Assembly (NCBI GenBank): GCA_043721775.1
Contig: JAYSQA010000374.1
Location: 7,940 to 71,939, forward strand
Source of the DNA: Rhodobacterales bacterium
Lineage (GTDB): Bacteria > Pseudomonadota > Alphaproteobacteria > Rhodobacterales > Rhodobacteraceae
DNA: 64,000 bases
Direction of reading: 5' to 3'
Shown: positions 55,429-63,763 of the stretch, one piece after another
How the letters are laid out: every line of letters starts with the position of its first letter
Numbering within the stretch: the first letter of the stretch is position 1
Notes under the pieces: model-generated
What the model was told of the DNA's origin: nothing
Database searches by the model: none
The model's input: only the letters and a program-made list of their open reading frames with translations
Position numbers and translations under genes: made by a program

Positions 55429-56232
55429 CCGGACGCTGGACCGCATCTGCTGCATCAAGGTCAGTGCGATCGACGTGCTGCTGGATTGGCTGATCAGCTG
55501 ATCCGCCTGCGTCCGGGTCAGGAATCTTTTGATCAGCGCATCAGCTTTCGTACTGTCCGTGAACTGACTAATCCCGCCGCTGCCGAAAACCGCATCGGCC
55601 TTGGCCTGATATATCCCCAGTTGCTGATCCAGGCCAAGCGACCCGATGCTTGTCGGCAGGCCGAGCGCCTTTTGAAAAACCGTCGTGAGGGGCGCGCTGC
55701 CCAGAATGGTCAACCACTTGGTCGTTTCGCTGCTGGCTTTCCCGGCGAGGCTGGTCAGTTCACGTTGTGCGTTCAGGGCCAGGCGCAAGTCGGCGTCCTG
55801 ATCCCCTACCGCCGTCTCGAACTCGCGGTTTTTGTAGGCTGTCACAATCGTGTTGGCAAAGTCAGAGACTTGGGTGGCGGGAATCGAAAGATCAAAGCCG
55901 AAAGCCGCCGAGAATTGTTGATAGCGTTTGTCCGCCAGCCGACTGGCCAGTGCAGTCGAAGTCAGCGTGCCATCGCTGAGAATCTTCTTGATGAAGGCCT
56001 TGTTGTCGATGTCAGAGTCCAGACCGAAGGCGCCCAATGCCACTTTCAGAAGCCTTCGGTCGTTGACCAGTTGATCCGCCGTCTTCACCGACCCGATCTT
56101 GGCGCGAAAATAATCCTCGTCTCGCACGATTTCGGGGGATTTGTTGAAGGCGGCGGTTTGGACCTTCATGGTCCGGTTCAACAGGGTCCAGCCCGCGTAG
56201 CCAGACATGGGCAGGACCGGAGTGTAGGTCAT
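55420..56232 (-). CDS. DUF1217-family flagellar protein
   Basis: YFRAKIGSVK..L..DRRLLKVALGAFGL, LADKRY; follows flbT. Confidence 0.8.
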   Translation of the reverse strand: MTYTPVLPMSGYAGWTLLNRTMKVQTAAFNKSPEIVRDEDYFRAKIGSVKTADQLVNDRRLLKVALGAFGLDSDIDNKAFIKKILSDGTLTSTALASRLADKRYQQFSAAFGFDLSIPATQVSDFANTIVTAYKNREFETAVGDQDADLRLALNAQRELTSLAGKASSETTKWLTILGSAPLTTVFQKALGLPTSIGSLGLDQQLGIYQAKADAVFGSGGISQFTDSTKADALIKRFLTRTQADQLISQSSSTSIALTLMQQMRSSVRSR

Positions 56233-56633
56233 CTGGGCGCTGCGGCGAAAAGCCGTTCCTCGCGCGGCAGCAGGCTGCGCAGGGCTTTCAACGCTTGATA
56301 ATGCTGATCCTCCAGCACGGCTTTGGTGGCAATGTTCAGCTGGGTTCGGCTGTCATGGTCGGTCAGAACCTGGCTTAGCTGTTCGATGCCGCGCAGAAGT
56401 TGCGGTCGCGTGTCATCGGCCGAAGCATCGCCGGTCAGGATCAGTTGAGCGATGTAGCAGACGCGCTTGACCGGAGTATTCGCCTCTTGCGGATGGATCG
56501 CATCGCGCAGGCGCAGGATGTTGGCGTTGGGCGTCATGATGGCAAGGCGCGAACGCTTGTCGCCATTCTCTACCACGGCACCGTTGATCAGGACCCTTTC
56601 ATGCGGCCCCAGTTTCAGGACAAGCCCACTCAT
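56229..56633 (-). CDS. flbT: Flagellin translational regulator FlbT
   Basis: LKLGPHERVLINGAV, ANTP, YQALKALRSL..E. Confidence 0.93.
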   Translation of the reverse strand: MSGLVLKLGPHERVLINGAVVENGDKRSRLAIMTPNANILRLRDAIHPQEANTPVKRVCYIAQLILTGDASADDTRPQLLRGIEQLSQVLTDHDSRTQLNIATKAVLEDQHYQALKALRSLLPREERLFAAAPR

Positions 56634-57010
56634 GACCCGCCTCCGTCCCCGCGCAATCCGCGCATGACGGCCGTGTTGATGTCAACCAGCACCTCAACGC
56701 TGGCGCGGCATTCCAGCACGGCTCGGGTGTGGCCAGCGGTGAACTCGTAAAGGTAGAACAGCTGGGCGCGCAACGGGGCAGGCAGCCCGTTGCCCTTTTC
56801 TGCGACATCCGCCGCGAGGGCAGACCAGAGTTGCAGGTTCTCGGTCAGGGCGGTGGCCAGCAGGGGGAAGTCTTCCTTCCGCCGAGTCCAGGCCATCGCA
56901 AGTTTCTGCGTACAGCGTGCGAGCAGATCGTATTCATTGGCGCGCGAGGTGCGAACGGGAGCCTCGCGCTGGCCATAGGCCGCACGGGCATTGGTGGTAG
57001 CAGAGGTCAA
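56630..57010 (-). CDS. flaF: Flagellin regulator FlaF
   Basis: N.QLW..LAADV...NGLP..LRA, LVDINTAVMRGL; TTG start after AAGGA. Confidence 0.92.
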   Translation of the reverse strand: MTSATTNARAAYGQREAPVRTSRANEYDLLARCTQKLAMAWTRRKEDFPLLATALTENLQLWSALAADVAEKGNGLPAPLRAQLFYLYEFTAGHTRAVLECRASVEVLVDINTAVMRGLRGDGGGS

Positions 57011-57052
57011 GATATGTCCTTCCGGAAATGTGCGTCGGGTTGCGCAGGCCGC

Positions 57053-57076
57053 GCCGAGGGGCTTTCACCCCCCGGC
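57053..57076 (-). other. Stem-loop with GAAA tetraloop downstream of flagellin
   Basis: Minus strand GCCGGGGGG-U-GAAA-G-CCCCUCGGC; no U-tract. Confidence 0.6.
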
Positions 57077-57084
57077 TCAAGCCA

Positions 57085-58311
57085 TTACCGGAACAGGGAC
57101 AGCAGCGCCTGCGGCTGCTGGTTTGCGATCGACAGCGCCTGCGTCGACAGCTGTTGTTGCACTTGCAGGGCCTGCAAGCGGGCTGAGGCTTCTTCCATAT
57201 TGGCGTCGACCAGCGAGCCGATCCCCGCCTTCATCGAGTCCGTCAGGTTGTTTACGAAGGTCTTTTGCGAATCAACCCGCGTCTGTACCGAACCGAACGA
57301 GGCAGAGGCGCTGATGGCCGTCTGCATCAAAGTCTCGATATTGCCCAAGGCTGCCAAAGCCGTTGGCGCGGATGATACGCTAAGCGAGTTCAGCGCGCCC
57401 AATCCACCAGATCCGGCGTTCTTGAACTGAAGCGAGACGTTAATGTCGGTGGCAACCGGGGTCGCCGCGTTGGACTGCGTGTTGTTGGTGAGGACCAGAG
57501 TACCGGCTGTGGCTTGGTTATAGTCCACCGTCAGGCCGGAAATACCCAGCGACTCGATCGACTTCTTCAGCCCGACTGCAACCAGGTCAGCAGGCGTGGT
57601 TGCCGCAACGTCTGCCGCAGTCACCGTGTAGCTGGCCGACTTGCCGCCGATGTTGATCGAAACGCTGTCACCGGTTGCGAACTTATCAACGCTGTCATCA
57701 ATCTTGATCTTTCCCGTGGCGGCGGCGTTGATGGTAAAACCGGCCGTATCCCCCTTCGTCGAGGCCTGATCGGTGCCTGCCAGAACGCCCTTGGCGACAT
57801 AAGCGCCAATCGACAGGTCCTGCGCGGTTACGGTGATCGAATTTGCGGTCACCGAGCTGCCGCTGCGATCCAGCGACGACAGGATGTTCACGCTGGCATT
57901 CGTGCCGTTGATCAGGTTCAGCCCGTTGAACTGCGCGGCCCCCACGACCGAGCTGATCTGGCTGGTCAAGGTGGTGATATCGGCCTGAATTTTGGTCCGG
58001 TCGACGTTGCTTTCCTGGGCGGCAACGATCTTCGTCTTCATCTGGGTCAGCAGACCCGTCACCGTTTCCGAGGCCTGGCGGGCCACGGCGATGGTCGAAG
58101 ACCCAAGCGCCAAGCTGTCCGAGATGCTTTGAAAGCCCTGAACATCGGCCTCCATCACTTTGGAAATAGCCCAGACGGCGGAGTTGTCTTTCGCGTTGGC
58201 AACGCGCTTGCCGGTCGCGATTTGCGACGTGGTGTCCGACAAACTTGAGCTGATCGTCCTCATTGTCTGAAGGGCGACCATTGAACTGTTGTTGGTAAGA
58301 ATGGACGACAT
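57085..58311 (-). CDS. fliC: Flagellin
   Basis: SSILTN, IATGKRV..AKDN, AQFNG.NL, LVDANMEEASARLQALQ.QQQL..QALSIAN..LLSLF. Confidence 0.96.
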   Translation of the reverse strand: MSSILTNNSSMVALQTMRTISSSLSDTTSQIATGKRVANAKDNSAVWAISKVMEADVQGFQSISDSLALGSSTIAVARQASETVTGLLTQMKTKIVAAQESNVDRTKIQADITTLTSQISSVVGAAQFNGLNLINGTNASVNILSSLDRSGSSVTANSITVTAQDLSIGAYVAKGVLAGTDQASTKGDTAGFTINAAATGKIKIDDSVDKFATGDSVSINIGGKSASYTVTAADVAATTPADLVAVGLKKSIESLGISGLTVDYNQATAGTLVLTNNTQSNAATPVATDINVSLQFKNAGSGGLGALNSLSVSSAPTALAALGNIETLMQTAISASASFGSVQTRVDSQKTFVNNLTDSMKAGIGSLVDANMEEASARLQALQVQQQLSTQALSIANQQPQALLSLFR

Positions 58312-58461
58312 TTCCGTTTCCTTTGCGGTCAGCCGACGCTTTGCGCACGGCTTGTTGCACCATCACCAAGGATGGCAATTGGGCTTTCTTTCCAATGCGA
58401 CCGGAAGGCCCGGAACGCGCCACCCCACCTGGGATGCGACTTTCATAAAAGCGCGGAACAT

Positions 58462-58476
58462 TTAAGAGATTGCTAA
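58462..58476. promoter_or_regulatory. CtrA-like box upstream of flagellin
   Basis: TTAA-gagattg-CTAA (TTAG-N7-TTAA on the minus strand). Confidence 0.65.
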
Positions 58477-58513
58477 TCGCCCCCCGCAGAATTCACGCCA
58501 TTTGATCTAAAGG

Positions 58514-58846
58514 CTAGAACCTTGCCGCCAGCCCATGTGCCGTTTGCTGTTCCAGCTTGCGTCCAGCGCGGTCGTAGGTGACCAGACCATTTGCCGCGGA
58601 TTTGATATCGGTCAGACGCCGGACCGCAGAACGGATGCCACGCTGAACGGCGGACAAGGTGGCCGCGTTGCGATCGGCCTTCCGCCGGATGATCTGCAAG
58701 GCTGTTTGATCAAGCCTTTCACTGGGGTGATCCAGCTCGATGGCGAGCGCCGCGCTTAGCGCGGGCAGGGCGGCGTAATTCCGCTTCAAAAGGGCTGCGT
58801 AGACCTCGTCCAGCAGCAGGGCGGTGCGCGGGTCAGTCTGCGGCAT
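58514..58846 (-). CDS. FlgN-like export chaperone
   Basis: RNAATL.AVQRGIRSA..RL, C-terminal TYDRAG; follows the rod-binding gene. Confidence 0.65.
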   Translation of the reverse strand: MPQTDPRTALLLDEVYAALLKRNYAALPALSAALAIELDHPSERLDQTALQIIRRKADRNAATLSAVQRGIRSAVRRLTDIKSAANGLVTYDRAGRKLEQQTAHGLAARF

Positions 58847-59117
58847 GATCGCGCCGTGCCAAAGCATTGAAAATGTTCTGGGAAAGCCCGATGCCGCCGT
58901 GGTCAACCAAAGCCTTGGCCTGGGCATCGCGCAGGAAAGAGGCGAACTGATCCTCGCCCACACCGCCCGTGAAGTCACCCTTCGCGGCATCCAGCCCGGT
59001 GTAGGACAGCATCTCTGACAAAAAGTTCGTCTCGAGTTCCTTGGCTTTCTTCATCAGTTGGGCAGAGCGGGCCGGGCTAAGGGTTGCGACAGCGCCGGCA
59101 GGAACGGGAACTTGCAT
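58833..59117 (-). CDS. flgJ: Rod-binding protein, FlgJ-like without muramidase domain
   Basis: AKELETNFLSEML, GGVGEDQFASFL, GGIGLS; ATG 59117 after GGAG. Confidence 0.8.
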   Translation of the reverse strand: MQVPVPAGAVATLSPARSAQLMKKAKELETNFLSEMLSYTGLDAAKGDFTGGVGEDQFASFLRDAQAKALVDHGGIGLSQNIFNALARRDHAAD

Positions 59118-59163
59118 CGGATTCTCCAAATACAGTAGATTTTCCCTACTATCCGACCAAGCG

Positions 59164-59179
59164 GTAAACATCTGGTAAC
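59164..59179. promoter_or_regulatory. Degenerate CtrA-like box in the flgJ/fliK divergent region
   Basis: GTAA-acatctg-GTAAC. Confidence 0.45.
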
Positions 59180-59225
59180 TGATAAAGCGTCAAGATCAGG
59201 TGTTGTCGGCAGAAGTCGGACCCAG

Positions 59226-62200
59226 ATGATCAGCACCGCCCAGATTGCATTGCCCCCGCGCCCCTCCGCTGCCTCGCTTGCAGTGCCGGGTGCCGCATCT
59301 GATGCCCTTGCCTCAGACACCGTCGCTTCCGGTGCCTTTTCCGAGGTGCTTGCGCTTCTGGCCTCTGACCCGGCACCCGTGCAGCCTGCCGCAAGCCCCG
59401 GCAGACTTGCCCCCACCCGACCAGCGCCCGATCTGACAGGGCAGGACGATGCCGACCCTGTTCAGGAACCCACGCCATCGGCGCCACAGCACAAGCATTC
59501 TACCCGTTCGAAACCGGCAGAGCAACCGACAGGCCAGACCTTGGCCAGTGCGCGTCCTGTCCCCCTGGCTGAAACCGGTTTGCCAACCGCCCCGGCAGAC
59601 CCGGATGCCCCCGAGCCGGCACGCGTCAAGAATAAGGGCGATCTGATCGGTCTGTCCGGTGATCTTGTTCCCGAACCGGTTGCCTTGACGGATCAGGTCA
59701 AACCTGTAGCTCCTTCTCCGTCGGCGTCCTCTTCTTCGTCGGAATCCGCTTCTCCGTCGGCGTCCCCGACTTCGAAGGCAGCGTCGCGCGGATTGCCGTT
59801 GTCCGTGATGATCGTACCCCACGCGGCTGATGCGCAAATCGTTCCGGTCCCGGCAGCCCAAACGCCGCATAGCAGCACGGTGATTCGAAAGTCCGGACAA
59901 AATCCCGTGATCGCAACACCCGCCACGCCTTTGGCCGCGGCTGGCACCAATGGCCCGGCTGAAGAAGCACCTCAAGGCCCACCCATTCGCACCGCAGATC
60001 CGGCTGTGCCAGCAGCTGTGGACAAGCGCCCTTTCGCCCGGACGCAGCAAAAGCCAGTTGTCCATGTGGCCGTGCCACAGAAGGTCGCACGAACTGTTTC
60101 CGACGGGGCGGCAGATCATCTCCGAACAGCGGCTGGGGCGGCCATACCAGAGATTGCCGTGCCCGAACGGCCCGCATCTGCGCATCCCGCCGTATCGCTC
60201 GCCAAGGGGCCTGATCGTCGCGAAGTGGCGACCGATTCTGGCGCAAAATCCTCTGTCAGGACACAAAGCCCCGCAGGTGCGGGCTCTTCGGTCATCGTCG
60301 CCGGATCTTCCGGGTTGGCTGCTTCGGCATGGCATCAAATTGGGGGCGAAGCGGGCGGTTCCGCAGGCGATCAGGTTGCGCTTCCACCAGCAATCCCTCA
60401 GCCATCGGCTTTCGTTCAACTTGCCCCCCTCTCGGCCAGAGAAGCGGCAGAAAGCGCCCTGCCGCAAACATCGGCGGCCCCAGATGTTCCGCCAGCTGCG
60501 CAGCACGTTCGAAGCCTGCGGCCAAGCCCGCCCCCCCTCTCGGCCGAAGGGCTTTCGCAGATCTCTGGTGTGCAAGGGCCGACCGGCATGTCGGCCAGTG
60601 CCGGTAAGCCTGCCAATGCCACCCTTGCGCCACCGCTCCGCACGCCCGCGGGCAACCCAGATATTGCCGCGCCGATCTTGGCTGTAACGCCTTTGACGAT
60701 GCCCGATGACACCCCGCCAGCGGGCATTTCACCGATACAGGCTCAGTCCGCCAATATGTGGCAGTCTGGGCCGGTCATCAGGGTTGGGGCAAGTCTGGCC
60801 CCGCCAGAACTTGCCCCGCAGGTTCGGGTCCTGTTGCCCTTCCCGATCCTGACACCTGCACAGGCGTTTTCGCGGTTTCAAACCATGCTGGATCACGCCG
60901 CCGAAGGGGGACGGCCGCTCCCAGGCCTGACCCAAAGCGAACCTGCACCCCGGCGCGACTCACCAGCGCCTGCATTCCCTGAGGGCCAAACTACCGTTAC
61001 GACAGTGGCACAGACTGTGATAGCCCTCAGCGCCGTACCGGAGCGGAAGGGTGCACCTGCACCCGTCATCGACCGTTCCGAACCTGCCCCGACCCTCATC
61101 GTGCAAGACGAAAAGTCTGGCCAAAAGGGGGTTGGCCCGGTCACAATCCCCCGCAATCCGGTTGATGCCGTTTTGCCCGGGTCGCCCCGCCCTCGCCCGG
61201 AGGGCATTAATTCGGCAGGGCTGGTTTCGAAGAACCCCGAAATCGCTGCTGCGGCCAAGATACCAACCCCGCTTCCCCTTTTCCGCTCGCGTGGTGAAGA
61301 ACCAGCTCCGCTGCCCCGCCACGTCACCGATCCCGTGCAAGAGCTGCCCAGATCCGGAATTCCGCCAGTGGTAAAGATTGCAACAAGGGTTTCCATGTCC
61401 GCCTCGGCGGATACGGCTGTGCTCCTGCCGCTTGAGGCCAACCCCACCGCAGCCGTGCCAAAGGTGACTTTACCCAGAATTAGTTTGCCCAATACGGCTG
61501 TGCCCAATATCGCTGTGCCCAAAATGAGTGTGCCCGATGTTACTGGGCCCAAAATGACTGGGCCCGCGATGGCTTTTTCTGCGGCACTTCAGCCCGTGCT
61601 GACGGATGCTGCGGCGACCGGTCCCTTCGTGGTCATGCCCGAGGTGGCCACACACCGCGCGGCTGGATTCGATGCGACCGGGCGCTTGGGGGTTCCTGCC
61701 TCCAAGACTGGCCTCGTGGCAACGGCCCCAGTTGTGATCGGGCCGTCGGCAAAGCCTCGCGTAACGGGCGCTTCCGTAACAACCGCTCCGATGCTGGCCT
61801 CGTCAATGGCCACCGCTTCTGAGCCAGCGGTGCCTGATTCCACGACTCATGCACCTTTGACAGCCATTCCCGACAAAACTGCTGCTGTTATAACCGCGCC
61901 TGAGTCAGTCGGTTCAAGGACGATTGCGCCTGTGACAGTCATTCCCGTAGCGGCCATCCCCGTAGCAGCCAGTCCCGCTGCGGCCAGTCCCGTTACTGGC
62001 GTTCTCAATACAGCCGTTCCCGTAACAGCCGCGCTTCAGTTCGCCGGTTCCCGGATCATTGCGCCCGCGACAACTTCTTCTGTCACTACCTCTCCTATGA
62101 CAGCCGCACCCATTACAAGCGGGGGCAAGATGACCGCGACACTGGCGGGGGGCCTTGCGTCCACTGCCGATCTGCCAGAACGCTTCGGCTGGCCACGGCC

Positions 62201-62999
62201 CGCAAGCAACATTTCTGAAAAGCCGGGACGTCGGCTGACTGCAACCCCGGCCCAGTCGCAAGGTACGCTTCACGGGCCGGTTGTGGCACGTGACGGGCTT
62301 GAACCGCACGCTCTGGTGCCAACGGCCGCCCAAGCCAAAACGAGCCGGCACGTTCCGTCAGCCGCCGCGGAAAAGTATGCACTGTCGGGTGGGCCACCTG
62401 CTGTGTCCACCAATGGCCCAACTGCCGGACCCATCGCTGCACGTGTTGCCCAGCCTGCCGCTCCGGTTTCTGTGCCGGTTTCTGTGCCGATTTCTGCGCC
62501 GGTGTCGGAACCGGCTTCTGCGTCCCGTGCCGGGGCGGTTCACCTTGCGGAGGTTGCCGTTTCGGCGTCGCATGTCGCTGTGCCAGCAGATCACGCGCAC
62601 CACGCCATGCCCAAAGGCTTTTCCATCACCCTCGCGCATTCCGTTCTCGACTCTGGCCACAGCCGGGCCGAGCTGATTTTGGAACCGGCAGAACTTGGTC
62701 GCCTGCGCTTTGATCTGGTCACGCACGGCGATCAGGTGCAGGTCACTCTTGCCGCCGAACGGCCTGAAACCCTTGACCTGCTGCGTCGCAATGCCGATGA
62801 GTTGCGTCAGGAATTCAAAGCGTCGGGCCTTGATATCGGCAGCCTCAGCTTCGGCCAATGGGGCAACAAACGCGACGAGCGTGCTGTGCCGGATCAGCAG
62901 CGCATGGACGCCTTTGAAGACCCTCTCGCTATCACCCCCGCCACGCTTTCAGCCCAGCGTCGTCCGGTTTCCGGGTCAGGGCTGGATCTGCGGCTTTGA
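59226..62999 (+). CDS. fliK: Flagellar hook-length control protein, exceptionally long (1257 aa)
   Basis: C-terminal hook-control domain LEPAELGRLRF..LAAERPETLDLLRRNADEL..GLDLRL; directly upstream of flgD; about 1130 aa of Pro/Ala/Thr/Ser-rich sequence. Confidence 0.85.
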   Translation: MISTAQIALPPRPSAASLAVPGAASDALASDTVASGAFSEVLALLASDPAPVQPAASPGRLAPTRPAPDLTGQDDADPVQEPTPSAPQHKHSTRSKPAEQPTGQTLASARPVPLAETGLPTAPADPDAPEPARVKNKGDLIGLSGDLVPEPVALTDQVKPVAPSPSASSSSSESASPSASPTSKAASRGLPLSVMIVPHAADAQIVPVPAAQTPHSSTVIRKSGQNPVIATPATPLAAAGTNGPAEEAPQGPPIRTADPAVPAAVDKRPFARTQQKPVVHVAVPQKVARTVSDGAADHLRTAAGAAIPEIAVPERPASAHPAVSLAKGPDRREVATDSGAKSSVRTQSPAGAGSSVIVAGSSGLAASAWHQIGGEAGGSAGDQVALPPAIPQPSAFVQLAPLSAREAAESALPQTSAAPDVPPAAQHVRSLRPSPPPLSAEGLSQISGVQGPTGMSASAGKPANATLAPPLRTPAGNPDIAAPILAVTPLTMPDDTPPAGISPIQAQSANMWQSGPVIRVGASLAPPELAPQVRVLLPFPILTPAQAFSRFQTMLDHAAEGGRPLPGLTQSEPAPRRDSPAPAFPEGQTTVTTVAQTVIALSAVPERKGAPAPVIDRSEPAPTLIVQDEKSGQKGVGPVTIPRNPVDAVLPGSPRPRPEGINSAGLVSKNPEIAAAAKIPTPLPLFRSRGEEPAPLPRHVTDPVQELPRSGIPPVVKIATRVSMSASADTAVLLPLEANPTAAVPKVTLPRISLPNTAVPNIAVPKMSVPDVTGPKMTGPAMAFSAALQPVLTDAAATGPFVVMPEVATHRAAGFDATGRLGVPASKTGLVATAPVVIGPSAKPRVTGASVTTAPMLASSMATASEPAVPDSTTHAPLTAIPDKTAAVITAPESVGSRTIAPVTVIPVAAIPVAASPAAASPVTGVLNTAVPVTAALQFAGSRIIAPATTSSVTTSPMTAAPITSGGKMTATLAGGLASTADLPERFGWPRPASNISEKPGRRLTATPAQSQGTLHGPVVARDGLEPHALVPTAAQAKTSRHVPSAAAEKYALSGGPPAVSTNGPTAGPIAARVAQPAAPVSVPVSVPISAPVSEPASASRAGAVHLAEVAVSASHVAVPADHAHHAMPKGFSITLAHSVLDSGHSRAELILEPAELGRLRFDLVTHGDQVQVTLAAERPETLDLLRRNADELRQEFKASGLDIGSLSFGQWGNKRDERAVPDQQRMDAFEDPLAITPATLSAQRRPVSGSGLDLRL
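59713..59766 (+). repeat. 3 x 18-bp imperfect tandem repeat in fliK
   Basis: CTTCTCCGTCGGCGTCC-like units at 59713, 59731, 59749. Confidence 0.8.
61455..61565 (+). repeat. 15-bp-period degenerate repeat (8 units) in fliK
   Basis: GTGCCC-like hexamers at 61455, 61470, 61485, 61500, 61515, 61530, 61545, 61560; Pro every fifth residue. Confidence 0.85.
61929..62033 (+). repeat. 15-bp-period degenerate repeat (7 units) in fliK
   Basis: CCCGTAGCGGCCATC-like units encoding PVTVI PVAAI PVAAS PAAAS PVTGV LNTAV PVTAA. Confidence 0.8.
62463..62522 (+). repeat. 5 x 12-bp repeat in fliK
   Basis: CCGGTTTCTGTG x2 then three variants, encoding PVSV PVSV PISA PVSE PASA. Confidence 0.85.
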
Positions 63000-63012
63000 A
63001 AAAGGACAGACC

Positions 63013-63681
63013 ATGACCGTTGCAGCCACAACTGCGGCCACCTCTGCGACCGCCACCAAGACCCCCACGGCCAAGCAAAACAACGACAAGAACTATGACA
63101 CTTTCCTGAAGATGATGACGGCACAGATCAAGAACCAGGACCCGCTCAACCCGATGAGCGCGGATCAACTTGCCGTGCAACTTGCCACTTTTTCGGGGGT
63201 TGAACAGCAGACCAGGACCAATGACCTTCTGACCCGGATGCTGGGCCAAGGCGCACTTGGCTCGATGGGCCAGATGGTCGGATGGGTCGGCAAAGAGGCG
63301 CGTCTGGCGGCTCCGGCCTATTTTGACGGGTCCACTCCGGTGACGATTTCGCCCAACCCCACCTCGGATGCCGACAAGGCGGTGCTGGTGGTCAAGACCC
63401 AGGCCGGACAAGAGGTGTCGCGCACCCAATTGCCGTTGGGCAGCGCCGATTACCAATGGCAGGGTCTTGATTCCACGGGCAACCCCCTGCCCAAAGGGAT
63501 TTATTCGCTGTCGCTGGAAAGCTATCAGAAGGACAAACTGCTGGAATCCTCCGATGTCGAATACTACGGCAAGATTTCCGAGATTCGCAGCGGCACCAAC
63601 GGCGTATCCGCCATGCTTCCCGGTGGGGTCGAAGCGTTGACTTCGGTAATCACCGCAATCCGGGAGCCTGCGGCAAATTAA
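63013..63681 (+). CDS. flgD: Hook capping protein
   Basis: FLKMMTAQIKNQDPLNPM..QLATFSGVEQ, WQGLDSTG; ATG after AAGGA. Confidence 0.94.
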   Translation: MTVAATTAATSATATKTPTAKQNNDKNYDTFLKMMTAQIKNQDPLNPMSADQLAVQLATFSGVEQQTRTNDLLTRMLGQGALGSMGQMVGWVGKEARLAAPAYFDGSTPVTISPNPTSDADKAVLVVKTQAGQEVSRTQLPLGSADYQWQGLDSTGNPLPKGIYSLSLESYQKDKLLESSDVEYYGKISEIRSGTNGVSAMLPGGVEALTSVITAIREPAAN

Positions 63682-63763
63682 CGCCGGCCTGAAACAATGG
63701 GGGCAAATCAAGGCTGGCACAGGCGGTCTTCCTGCTCCACATTGCAAGGTGGGGAGAGTGAGA

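Noticed and set aside
58833-59117. Short FlgJ as a pseudogene
   Set aside because: Single-domain FlgJ with a separate lytic transglycosylase is the known alphaproteobacterial arrangement, and the SLT gene is present
59313-60687. 420-aa antisense and 245-aa alternative-frame ORFs within fliK
   Set aside because: Low-complexity GC-rich sequence is poor in stop codons; no domain signal
62695-63012. Apparent N-terminal extension of FlgD or a fliK-flgD frameshift fusion
   Set aside because: FlgD has a good RBS and ATG at 63013, and FliK ends with its typical GLDLRL terminus
30801-63681. Absence of fliG, fliM, fliD, fliA, flgM and chemotaxis genes as a sign of a degenerate flagellum
   Set aside because: The genes present look intact; in this cluster type these genes are usually elsewhere or absent, which one window cannot test
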